From a virus (taxonomy: Duplodnaviria > Caudoviricetes): DNA of 37,147 nt. The notes below the pieces were generated by a model. The model made no database searches and had not been told where the DNA came from. It worked only from the letters and a program-made list of their open reading frames with translations. The translations under genes were made by a program, and so were the position numbers. The first letter of the stretch is position 1. The number at the start of each line of letters is the position of its first letter. The stretch covers positions 1 through 37,147 of the IMG/VR virus record IMGVR_UViG_3300037484_000486, one strand, 5' to 3'. Positions 9,257 through 17,162 of the stretch are shown in pieces.

Positions 9257-10251
9257 TGGCCGAGCTATTCAAGAACCTTGCCAGCACCACGCTTGCGGAA
9301 GACCTTGACGACTCGGAAACGGGCGTCGATGTCGCCAGTGCGATGGGCTTCAGCGGCGGCGACTTCCGCATCCTCGTGGACAGCGAGATTATGAAGGTCA
9401 CGGGCGTGAGCGGCACGACCCTCACGGTCGCGCGCGGCCAGGAGGGGACGGCCGCCACGGCGCACAGCAACGGTGCGGCGGTGAAGCACGTCCTGACGGC
9501 CGGAGCACTCGATGCCCACGATCAAAACGACCTGGCGACGTATGACGCCCTCGCCAGCCGGCCGGCGGCCGGCACGCCGGGCCGCATCTTCCTGCCGACC
9601 GATGGCATCTTCCTCGAACGGGACAACGGCTCGATCTGGGAGAAGTTTGGCCCGATTTGGCCCATGACGCCTCCGGTGGCCGCCGACTTCCCCCGGTGGG
9701 TGAACCAGGGAACTTCGACTTTCACCGACAGTAAAGGCGCGCCCTTCCTGCAAGGGAATGTCACCAGCACCGCGAATCTTCGTTGCCGGGTGAAGGATTA
9801 TCCCGCCGGTTCGTTCACGGTGGAAATGGCGTTCTCGCTCAACGTCTGGCCTTATGGCACCAGCCTGGGGATCGGCGGCCTCGTGATTCGTGATTCGATC
9901 AGCATGAAGCTGGTCACGTTCGGCGTGGGCGGCACCAGTGGCGACATGCAGGTGCAAGCCTACAACTGGAACACTCCACTATCGGCCAGCGGGAATGTCA
10001 CGGGCAGCGCGGCTACGCATCTGGGCGAGGCACCCGTCATCTGGCTCAAGTATTACGACGACGGGGCGACCAATCGCGTCATCTCGGTCTCTGTGGACGG
10101 CTACAACTGGGCGCAGGTTGTGAGCATCTCGCGGACGGACTGGATCGTGCCCAATGAAATCGGCGTCTGCGTCAATTCCTATGCGGGCTATTCCAGCGGC
10201 AACGGGCAGAACGACACGGGACTGAATCTCCTGCACTGGAGGCAATACTAA
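9256..10251 (+). CDS. Putative receptor-binding / adhesin protein, paralog B1
   Basis: Starts MAELFKNLAS by TAATG overlap; same architecture as A1. Confidence 0.65.
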   Translation: MAELFKNLASTTLAEDLDDSETGVDVASAMGFSGGDFRILVDSEIMKVTGVSGTTLTVARGQEGTAATAHSNGAAVKHVLTAGALDAHDQNDLATYDALASRPAAGTPGRIFLPTDGIFLERDNGSIWEKFGPIWPMTPPVAADFPRWVNQGTSTFTDSKGAPFLQGNVTSTANLRCRVKDYPAGSFTVEMAFSLNVWPYGTSLGIGGLVIRDSISMKLVTFGVGGTSGDMQVQAYNWNTPLSASGNVTGSAATHLGEAPVIWLKYYDDGATNRVISVSVDGYNWAQVVSISRTDWIVPNEIGVCVNSYAGYSSGNGQNDTGLNLLHWRQY

Positions 10252-11234
10252 TGGCTATTGAGAAGTTTTCCAACCTCGCCGTCAATGTCTTGTCGGCCGC
10301 CTTGACGGCGACTGCCACCAGTTGCGTGGTGACGGACGCGCACAGTTTCCCGACCAGCGGCAGCTTCCGTATCAAGGTCGAGGAGGAAATCCTCATTGTC
10401 ACGGCCGTAGCCGGCAACACGTTCACGGTCACGCGCGGAGCCGAGGGAACCGTGGCCCGGTCGCACGCCGCCGGCACCCTCGTGCGCCATCTGCTCACCA
10501 AAGGCGGTTTGGAGGCGCGGGTCGCCAACCGGTTCCTCTCGGACATCTACGACAACAAACCGGCGGCCGGGGTCAAGGGACGGTTGTTTCTTCCCACGGA
10601 CGGCCAGTTCATCGAGTACGACGACGGGGCGGCCTGGCACAAGTACGGGCCGTATCGGCGGCTGAAAGCGCCGCCGCAAACCGGTTGGTCGTGGGTCAAC
10701 CAGGGCAACGCGACGGCGACTTTCGTTGGCAGCGTCTTGGTTCTGGAAGACCCCGATCTGGACGCCACCAACCCGCAGGTTCGCCTCTATGTCCGCTCTT
10801 TGACGGCGGGCGCAACCAGCCTCGTGACGGCCTTCGCTTACAACGGGATCGGTTCGGACGTGCCCGTCATGGGCATCTGTGCGCGGTGCGTGGGCGGGAC
10901 GGACGATGGCAACTTTACGGGCTGGGGGCTGCGGCAGGCGGCGGCGACCTATACCTACCTGCACTTGAAGCATTACACGTCTCCGACCGCCGTCGAATCG
11001 ACGCCTTCGGTCGATAACCACCAGTTCTATCCTTTGCGCCTCGTGTGGACGAAGTTCGCCTGGGAAGGAAACTACAAGCGGTTGTACTGGTCCGTGGATG
11101 GTGTCAACTGGATCAAGTGGTGGGAGGATTCCTTCGGCAACTACAACACCCCTAGCCAGTTCGGCGTCTTTATTGATCCCGTGAACAATATCCAGAAGGT
11201 CTCGTTGTCCCTGCTTCATTGGGAAGAGAGCTAA
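10251..11234 (+). CDS. Putative receptor-binding / adhesin protein, paralog C1
   Basis: 327 aa, TAATG overlap, same architecture. Confidence 0.65.
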   Translation: MAIEKFSNLAVNVLSAALTATATSCVVTDAHSFPTSGSFRIKVEEEILIVTAVAGNTFTVTRGAEGTVARSHAAGTLVRHLLTKGGLEARVANRFLSDIYDNKPAAGVKGRLFLPTDGQFIEYDDGAAWHKYGPYRRLKAPPQTGWSWVNQGNATATFVGSVLVLEDPDLDATNPQVRLYVRSLTAGATSLVTAFAYNGIGSDVPVMGICARCVGGTDDGNFTGWGLRQAAATYTYLHLKHYTSPTAVESTPSVDNHQFYPLRLVWTKFAWEGNYKRLYWSVDGVNWIKWWEDSFGNYNTPSQFGVFIDPVNNIQKVSLSLLHWEES

Positions 11235-11246
11235 GAGGAGTCGCCG

Positions 11247-12242
11247 ATGGCCTACGAACGATTTGCAAACGGCGGACTCTCTTCGCTGGATGCGGGGATC
11301 GACGACAACGATCTCACGCTGACCGTGAAGTCGCCGGCCGAATTCCCCACCGGCGGAAACTTCCGCATCCTCGTGGAAAGCGAGATCATGCTGGTGACGG
11401 ACGTGCAAGGCAACGTCTTCACCGTCACGCGGGCGCAGGAAGGGACCAGTGCCGCCAGCCACCTCGGCGACGTGGCCGTCAACCACGTCTTGACGGCCGG
11501 GGCTTTGGCGCAGCGGGAGATTGACCAGTTCGCCACCGGGGCACTTGCCAGCCGCGATGCGGCCGGGCAGGCAGGGCGGCTTTATCTGCCGACCGAGGGC
11601 TACCTTCATCAGGACAATGGTTCGCTGTGGGACATGCTGCCCTTGAGCAAAGTGACGCCGCCCGCCAGTGGCGACTTTACTTGGGTCAACCAGGGCAGCG
11701 CGACGGTCGCGGACACGAAGGGCTTGATGGTCTTGACCACGCCGAGCCATGCGACGGCCGATAGTCTGCGGTGTCTGGTCAAAAGCGCCCCGGCGACCCC
11801 CTACACAATCACCGTGGGCTTCCTGGCCCAGAACCCGATCTACACTGCCTCCTATTACACCCCGCAGTTTGGCGTTTGTTGGCGGGAGAGCAGTTCGGGC
11901 AAGCTACTGACTTACGGCTGGGGGTCGAACAACTACCCGATGTACTTCCTCTATGCCCAGTGGACGAATGAGACGACGATTTCGGCCGGGCAGTTCGGCG
12001 GCGCTAGCCCCAATGGGTTCGGCACGCCGCCCCAGGCACCATACTGGGTCCGTTTCGGCGACGATGGCACCTATCGGACGGTCGAAGTCTCCAGCGACGG
12101 GTTCAACTGGGTGCCGGTCCAACCGCCTCAAGCCCGCACGGCGTTTTGCACGCCCAATCAGGTCGGCGTGTTTGCCAACAACTGGAAAACGTCGCAAGGC
12201 ATCCAGCGCGTGGTGTCCGTTCTGCATTGGAGAGAGTCATAA
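11247..12242 (+). CDS. Putative receptor-binding / adhesin protein, paralog A2
   Basis: 331 aa; first 69 nt identical to A1; own RBS GAGGAG. Confidence 0.65.
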   Translation: MAYERFANGGLSSLDAGIDDNDLTLTVKSPAEFPTGGNFRILVESEIMLVTDVQGNVFTVTRAQEGTSAASHLGDVAVNHVLTAGALAQREIDQFATGALASRDAAGQAGRLYLPTEGYLHQDNGSLWDMLPLSKVTPPASGDFTWVNQGSATVADTKGLMVLTTPSHATADSLRCLVKSAPATPYTITVGFLAQNPIYTASYYTPQFGVCWRESSSGKLLTYGWGSNNYPMYFLYAQWTNETTISAGQFGGASPNGFGTPPQAPYWVRFGDDGTYRTVEVSSDGFNWVPVQPPQARTAFCTPNQVGVFANNWKTSQGIQRVVSVLHWRES

Positions 12243-13240
12243 TGGCCGAGCTATTCAAGAATCTCGCCAGCACTACGCTTGCGGAAGACATCGACGATTC
12301 GGCCACGGAGTTCGACGTGGCGAGCGCGATGGGCTTCAGCGGCGGTGACTTCCGCATTTTCGTCGAGAGCGAGATTATGAAGGTCACGGGGGTCAGCGGG
12401 ACGACCTTGACCGTTTCGCGGCATGAGGAAGGAACGTCGGCCGCCTCACACAGTAACGGAACGGACGTGAAGCATATCTTGACGGTCGGGGCGCTCAACG
12501 CCCGCGACCAGTACGACTTGGCGGCGTATGACGCCTATGCCAGCCGGCCGGCTGCCGGTACGCCGGGCCGCATTTTCCTGCCGACTGACGGCCTGTTTCT
12601 GGAACGCGACAATGGCTCGATTTGGGAGAAGTTCGGCCCGATTTGGCCCATGACGCCCCCAGCGGCAGCCGACTTCTCGACCTGGGTGAATCAGGGCAGC
12701 GCGGCCATCTCGGACAATAAAGGGGCCATCTGGCTTCAATCGGGTGCGGCCACGAGCACCCAAAACTTGCGCTGTTGCATGAAGGCGTATCCGGGTGCTG
12801 CCTTCTCCGTGGACATGGCCTTCATGTGCAACACAATCGGCTACAGCGGTTCGCCCGCTTGCGGCCTCTGTATTCGGGATTCGGTCGGCGGCAAGATCGT
12901 GACTTTCAGCGCCGGCGGCAGTAACAGCGCTCTGGAGGTACTCGGCAACAACTACAACAGCGCCACGTCGTATTCCGGTGTTGTCACCGGTTGGCCGAGC
13001 AACCGGCATTGCTACGACTCGCCTCTGACCTTCTTGCGGTACTACGACGACCTTTCCGCCAACCGCGTGATCTCTTTCTCCCACGACGGAATCAACTGGA
13101 CGCAGATGGTCAGCATCTCGCGCACGGATTGGTTGACGCCGAACCAGATCGGCATTTACGTCAATGGCATTGCCGGCTACCAATCGTCCGGCGGCACGGC
13201 CGAGACGGGCATGACCGTTCTTAGTTGGAGGCAATACTAA
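12242..13240 (+). CDS. Putative receptor-binding / adhesin protein, paralog B2
   Basis: Starts MAELFKNLAS by TAATG overlap; closest to B1. Confidence 0.65.
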   Translation: MAELFKNLASTTLAEDIDDSATEFDVASAMGFSGGDFRIFVESEIMKVTGVSGTTLTVSRHEEGTSAASHSNGTDVKHILTVGALNARDQYDLAAYDAYASRPAAGTPGRIFLPTDGLFLERDNGSIWEKFGPIWPMTPPAAADFSTWVNQGSAAISDNKGAIWLQSGAATSTQNLRCCMKAYPGAAFSVDMAFMCNTIGYSGSPACGLCIRDSVGGKIVTFSAGGSNSALEVLGNNYNSATSYSGVVTGWPSNRHCYDSPLTFLRYYDDLSANRVISFSHDGINWTQMVSISRTDWLTPNQIGIYVNGIAGYQSSGGTAETGMTVLSWRQY

Positions 13241-14235
13241 TGGCTGTCGAACAGTTTGCCAACAATGCCGCCACTACGCTGTCGGCTGCGATTACCAGCA
13301 CGACCGCCACCAGCCTGACGGTGGCCGACGCTTCGGCGTTTCCCGCGAGTGGGGACTTTCGCATCAAGATCGACAACGAAATCCTCCTTGTCACGGGCGT
13401 AGCCGGGAGCACGTTCACGGTCACGCGCGGGGCCGAGGGCACCACGGCTGTCACACACGCCAGCGGGGCCGACGTGATTCACTTGCTCACGAAGGGCGGC
13501 CTCGAAGCGCGGGTCGCCAATCGGTTTCTGTCCGACGCCTATGCCAACAAACCGGCGGCCGGGGTGAAGGGCCGGCTCTTTATCCCCACGGACGGTCTGT
13601 TCCTGGAATATGATGACGGTGCGGCCTGGCACCAGTACGGGCCGTTTCGGCGCTTCAAGGCCCCACCGCAAACTGGCTGGTCGTGGGTGAATCAGGGCGG
13701 CGCAACCGCGACGTTCAACGGCGGCGCGCTGGTGCTCGAAGACCCGGTTCTGGATACCAACAGCCCCGACCTTCGTCTCTATGTCCGGCCGGTCATGCCA
13801 ACCGCGACGAGCGTGGTGGCGGCGTTCGCTTTCAACGGGGCGGTGTCCATGAATGGCCCGCACATGGGTTTCTGTTTTCGGTGCGTAGGTGGAACGGACG
13901 ATGGAAACTTCACGACCTGGGGCTACCGGCTCTGGCAGACGAGCAGCTATCCATTTCTCGATTACATCCACTACGCTTCGCCTACAGTTGCCGAGGCCAC
14001 GCCGACCGAAGACAACCGGGTTTTCTGGCCGATGTTGCGTGTGTTCTGGGTCAAGTTCGAGTGGGCGGGAAACTACAAGCGCTGGTACTGGTCAATGGAC
14101 GGCGTGAATTGGATCAAGTGGGTCGAGTCGAGCTTCAGCAGCTACAACTACCCCAGCCAGGTCGGCATCTATATCGACCCGCTGAACAACAACAATAAAC
14201 TTTCCCTGTCGCTGCTTCACTGGGAAGAAAGCTAA
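13240..14235 (+). CDS. Putative receptor-binding / adhesin protein, paralog C2
   Basis: Starts MAVEQFANN by TAATG overlap; closest to C1. Confidence 0.65.
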   Translation: MAVEQFANNAATTLSAAITSTTATSLTVADASAFPASGDFRIKIDNEILLVTGVAGSTFTVTRGAEGTTAVTHASGADVIHLLTKGGLEARVANRFLSDAYANKPAAGVKGRLFIPTDGLFLEYDDGAAWHQYGPFRRFKAPPQTGWSWVNQGGATATFNGGALVLEDPVLDTNSPDLRLYVRPVMPTATSVVAAFAFNGAVSMNGPHMGFCFRCVGGTDDGNFTTWGYRLWQTSSYPFLDYIHYASPTVAEATPTEDNRVFWPMLRVFWVKFEWAGNYKRWYWSMDGVNWIKWVESSFSSYNYPSQVGIYIDPLNNNNKLSLSLLHWEES

Positions 14236-14238
14236 GCG

Positions 14239-16728
14239 ATGGCTGAAACCGGCAAGCTAGGCATCAGCGACTCCCTGCTGGCGAACGTGCAACTGGCGTT
14301 CGCCGCCGACGAGCCGACGCTGCCTTCAATTACGACGCAAGGCGGCTCGCTCGGTGGGCAACTGGGAGACACGATTCTCGCTCTGGCCGAGGTGAATGGT
14401 CGCCTGACCTTCAACCTCTCGGCCGAGAGCGTGCTGGTGCTTGCGCAGACGGCGGACCCGGACCCAACGATTGTAGCCCATCCCTCGCCAGATTTGGTGT
14501 TGGGCGGCCATGACTCGCAACTCGGCGGCCTATTGCCGGCCTTCGACGGCGAACCGGTCGCTCGGCCGATGCCGACGACGCAAACCGGGCTGCTGGGCAC
14601 GTCCCTGGGCAACGTGATCTTTGGCCTGGATGGCGTTGCCGGGCCTCGGGTCTTCCACCTTTCCGCCGCAAGCGCGTTGGCGATCGCGCAGACGGCCGAT
14701 CCTGCCCCGACGTTTGTGGCTCACGAGGCCCCGCACTGGGTCTTGGGCGGCCAGGATTCGTACTTGGGCGGCATCGAATTGGCCTACGCGGGAACGCCCG
14801 ATCCTCGCCCGTTGACCGGCGACCTGACGGGCAAGCTGGGCACGGTCTATTCGTCCCTGGGCAGCGTGCGGCTGGCCCTGGGTCTGGAAGAGGGCGAGAG
14901 CAGCGGCGGGATCAGCCTGGTTGATGCCGAAAGCGCGCTGGCGCTGTCGGACGAAGCCACCGTGGCGGTGGCCCGTTCGCTGGCGGCCGAGTCCCCGATC
15001 AGCCTCGTTGTCGATGCCGGCCGCAACAACCTTCTCGCTGCCACTGGCGAGTCCGCAATCGACTTGGACACTGCGGCCGAGTTCGTGGCGGTGCGGACCT
15101 TGGCGGCCGAGAGCCAGATCAGCTTGACCGGTGCTGCCGGCCGCAACAATCTCTTGTCGGCTGTCGCCGAATCGACGATCAGCGTCAGTGCTACGGCCGT
15201 CGAGAAGGTCGTGCGCCCGTTGACGGCCGAGAGCGTCTTGGCGTTGAGTGATGAAGCCACCAACACCGGGCGGACCATCTACGAGGTTGCCGGCGAATCC
15301 ACCCTCAGCTTGACGGTGGCGGTGGCTTTCACGGTGGCTCGTGCAGCGGTGGCCGAGAGCACGGTCGAGTTGACCAGCGAGGCCAATGGATTCAACTTCC
15401 CGCTGTTGACGGCTGAATCCGCGATCAGTTTGACGAGCGAGGCGGGACGCAACAGCTTTCCGGCTGTGAGTGCCGAGTCCGCGATCAGCCTGACGAGCGC
15501 GGCGTGGCACGCTCAGACCGTGGAAGTGAGCGCCGAATCGGCCTTCAGCCTGACCAGTGAGGCCGGGCGCAACAGTTTCCCGGCGGCGACTGCCGAGTCC
15601 GCGATCAGTCTGACGAGTGAGGCCGAGGGGGTCAACTTCCCGGTCGTAAGCGCCGAGTCTCCGATCATCTTGACGGACGAGGCGGCAGCCACGCACGTTG
15701 TCGGCCATCGCGGTGATGCTTGGGACTGGATACCTTTGTGGCAGTGGGCCACGGTCTCAGTGGTCCGCGCCTTGTCGGCCGAAAACACTATCGCGTTGGC
15801 CCAGACCGAGCACACGGCCCGGCCGTGGTACGTCTCAGCGGAAACGGAAGTCCAGACCGTCGAATTGGTTTACGACGCCGAGGCCGACGACCTGGTTGAA
15901 GAAATCACCGGCCTGGACAGCACGGCGAGCGTGGCCCGGCCGCTCACGGCGGCGGTCCAGCAGTCGATTCCCTTGCATCAGACGGCTTCGGCTTACGTGG
16001 TCAAGCCGACCGCCATCGAGGTGTCGGCGGAAAGCGTCTTGGACCTTCTGGGCGAGGTCCACACGAATCAGAGCGGCGGTGCTGGCAACTGGCTGGTGCT
16101 CCATCAGACCGCCACGGTGGACAAGTGCAAGACGGTCGATTCCGTCTTGGACCTGTCGCAAGAGGCGGCCGTGATTGTGACGGTCGCACGGGGCACGGCC
16201 TCGGCCCTCAACTTGAAGCAAGCGGCGACTTTCAGCATCGTCTCGCGCGGGGCGATTCAGCAGTACACGCCCTTCGTCGGCGCAGGGGCGGATGGATCGC
16301 CCACCCCGCCCTCGGTCACGATTGGGCCGCCCGAGCACGTTGCCTTGCCGTTCCAGTTGTTCTATCCGGCTGAAGGCGTCGTCACTGACTCGGTACAACT
16401 GCGGGCACCGAACCTCGGCAACAAGGATCGCCTCAGCTTCAATCGCATCCTGCGGGAGACCCGAGGCGGCACTCTGATCGTCTTCGCCGACCCCATCTGG
16501 CCGAAGATTCAGACCCTTGTGCTCACGTTCTCCGGCCTGCGGAGCGTCCAAACCCAGCAGTTGCTCACCTTCCTGGAGATGCACCTGGGCGAAGAGATCG
16601 GCTTGCTCGATTGGGAAGGCCGGGCGTGGAAGGGCATCGTCACCAGCCCGACCGATCCGGTGGTCCAAGACGGCCGAGACAGCTTCTCGGCCAGTTTGGA
16701 GTTCGAGGGTGAGTTGGTGCCGTCCTAA
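14239..16728 (+). CDS. Repeat-rich tail scaffold / fibre protein with a C-terminal minor-tail domain
   Basis: 829 aa; N-terminal ~80-aa repeats, central AESxISL repeats, C-terminal globular domain (LRAPNLGNKDRLSFNRILRETRGG...). Confidence 0.65.
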   Translation: MAETGKLGISDSLLANVQLAFAADEPTLPSITTQGGSLGGQLGDTILALAEVNGRLTFNLSAESVLVLAQTADPDPTIVAHPSPDLVLGGHDSQLGGLLPAFDGEPVARPMPTTQTGLLGTSLGNVIFGLDGVAGPRVFHLSAASALAIAQTADPAPTFVAHEAPHWVLGGQDSYLGGIELAYAGTPDPRPLTGDLTGKLGTVYSSLGSVRLALGLEEGESSGGISLVDAESALALSDEATVAVARSLAAESPISLVVDAGRNNLLAATGESAIDLDTAAEFVAVRTLAAESQISLTGAAGRNNLLSAVAESTISVSATAVEKVVRPLTAESVLALSDEATNTGRTIYEVAGESTLSLTVAVAFTVARAAVAESTVELTSEANGFNFPLLTAESAISLTSEAGRNSFPAVSAESAISLTSAAWHAQTVEVSAESAFSLTSEAGRNSFPAATAESAISLTSEAEGVNFPVVSAESPIILTDEAAATHVVGHRGDAWDWIPLWQWATVSVVRALSAENTIALAQTEHTARPWYVSAETEVQTVELVYDAEADDLVEEITGLDSTASVARPLTAAVQQSIPLHQTASAYVVKPTAIEVSAESVLDLLGEVHTNQSGGAGNWLVLHQTATVDKCKTVDSVLDLSQEAAVIVTVARGTASALNLKQAATFSIVSRGAIQQYTPFVGAGADGSPTPPSVTIGPPEHVALPFQLFYPAEGVVTDSVQLRAPNLGNKDRLSFNRILRETRGGTLIVFADPIWPKIQTLVLTFSGLRSVQTQQLLTFLEMHLGEEIGLLDWEGRAWKGIVTSPTDPVVQDGRDSFSASLEFEGELVPS
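15352..15711 (+). repeat. 60-nt (20 aa) in-frame tandem repeats
   Basis: GCCGAGTCCGCGATCAGyyTGACGAG-like units at 15352, 15412, 15472, 15532, 15592 and 15652. Confidence 0.85.
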
Positions 16729-16763
16729 TGCCGTCTTAATGCCTGCTTGGCGAGGAGAGTCCC

Positions 16764-17162
16764 ATGTTCACGTTTCAGGCTCCGTATCCGATGTTGGAGA
16801 CTACCACGCTGCTGCCCAACCCGCAGCTTAGCGACCAGGAGGGTCTCACGGCGACGGTGACGCGGAAGACGGCGATGGACGGCACGCGCTACACCTACGT
16901 CAGACGGAAGGGCGAGCGCCGCAAGCTGAAGTGGACGTTTCGCGTGATGCGGAACAAGGGCCTCGAATTGCGGGCCTTCCTGTTCGCCTACTTCGCTTCG
17001 ACGATCAAGGTCATTGACCACAACGGCCGGGTGTGGTTGGGCAACTTCACGAACAATCCGTTCGAGTTCGACACCCCGCAGAAGGCCGGGCCGGCGATTT
17101 ATCCCTGGCCGGTCGGCGAGGCGCAGATGATCGACCTGGAGTTTGAGGGAGTAGAGCAGTGA
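16764..17162 (+). CDS. Minor tail protein (distal tail / gpM-like)
   Basis: 132 aa, RBS AGGAGAG; RKTAMDGTRYTYV..LKWTF pattern; resembles the C-terminal domain of the preceding gene. Confidence 0.55.
   Translation: MFTFQAPYPMLETTTLLPNPQLSDQEGLTATVTRKTAMDGTRYTYVRRKGERRKLKWTFRVMRNKGLELRAFLFAYFASTIKVIDHNGRVWLGNFTNNPFEFDTPQKAGPAIYPWPVGEAQMIDLEFEGVEQ

Larger units (their letters stand above)
8279..14235 (+). repeat. Diverged tandem duplication of a ~2.98 kb three-gene unit
   Basis: Start offsets: A1/A2 2968, B1/B2 2986, C1/C2 2989; clear pairwise similarity. Confidence 0.95.

Noticed and set aside
8279-14235. Invertase-driven tail fibre shufflon
   Set aside because: All six genes are full-length and co-oriented; no recombinase or inverted crossover sites seen
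15352-15711. CRISPR array
   Set aside because: The repeats are degenerate, in frame and protein-coding, with no unique spacers or cas genes
16718-16743. 11-bp tandem duplication TGCCGTCyTAA at a stop codon
   Set aside because: Short and most simply a slippage duplication; no evidence of function
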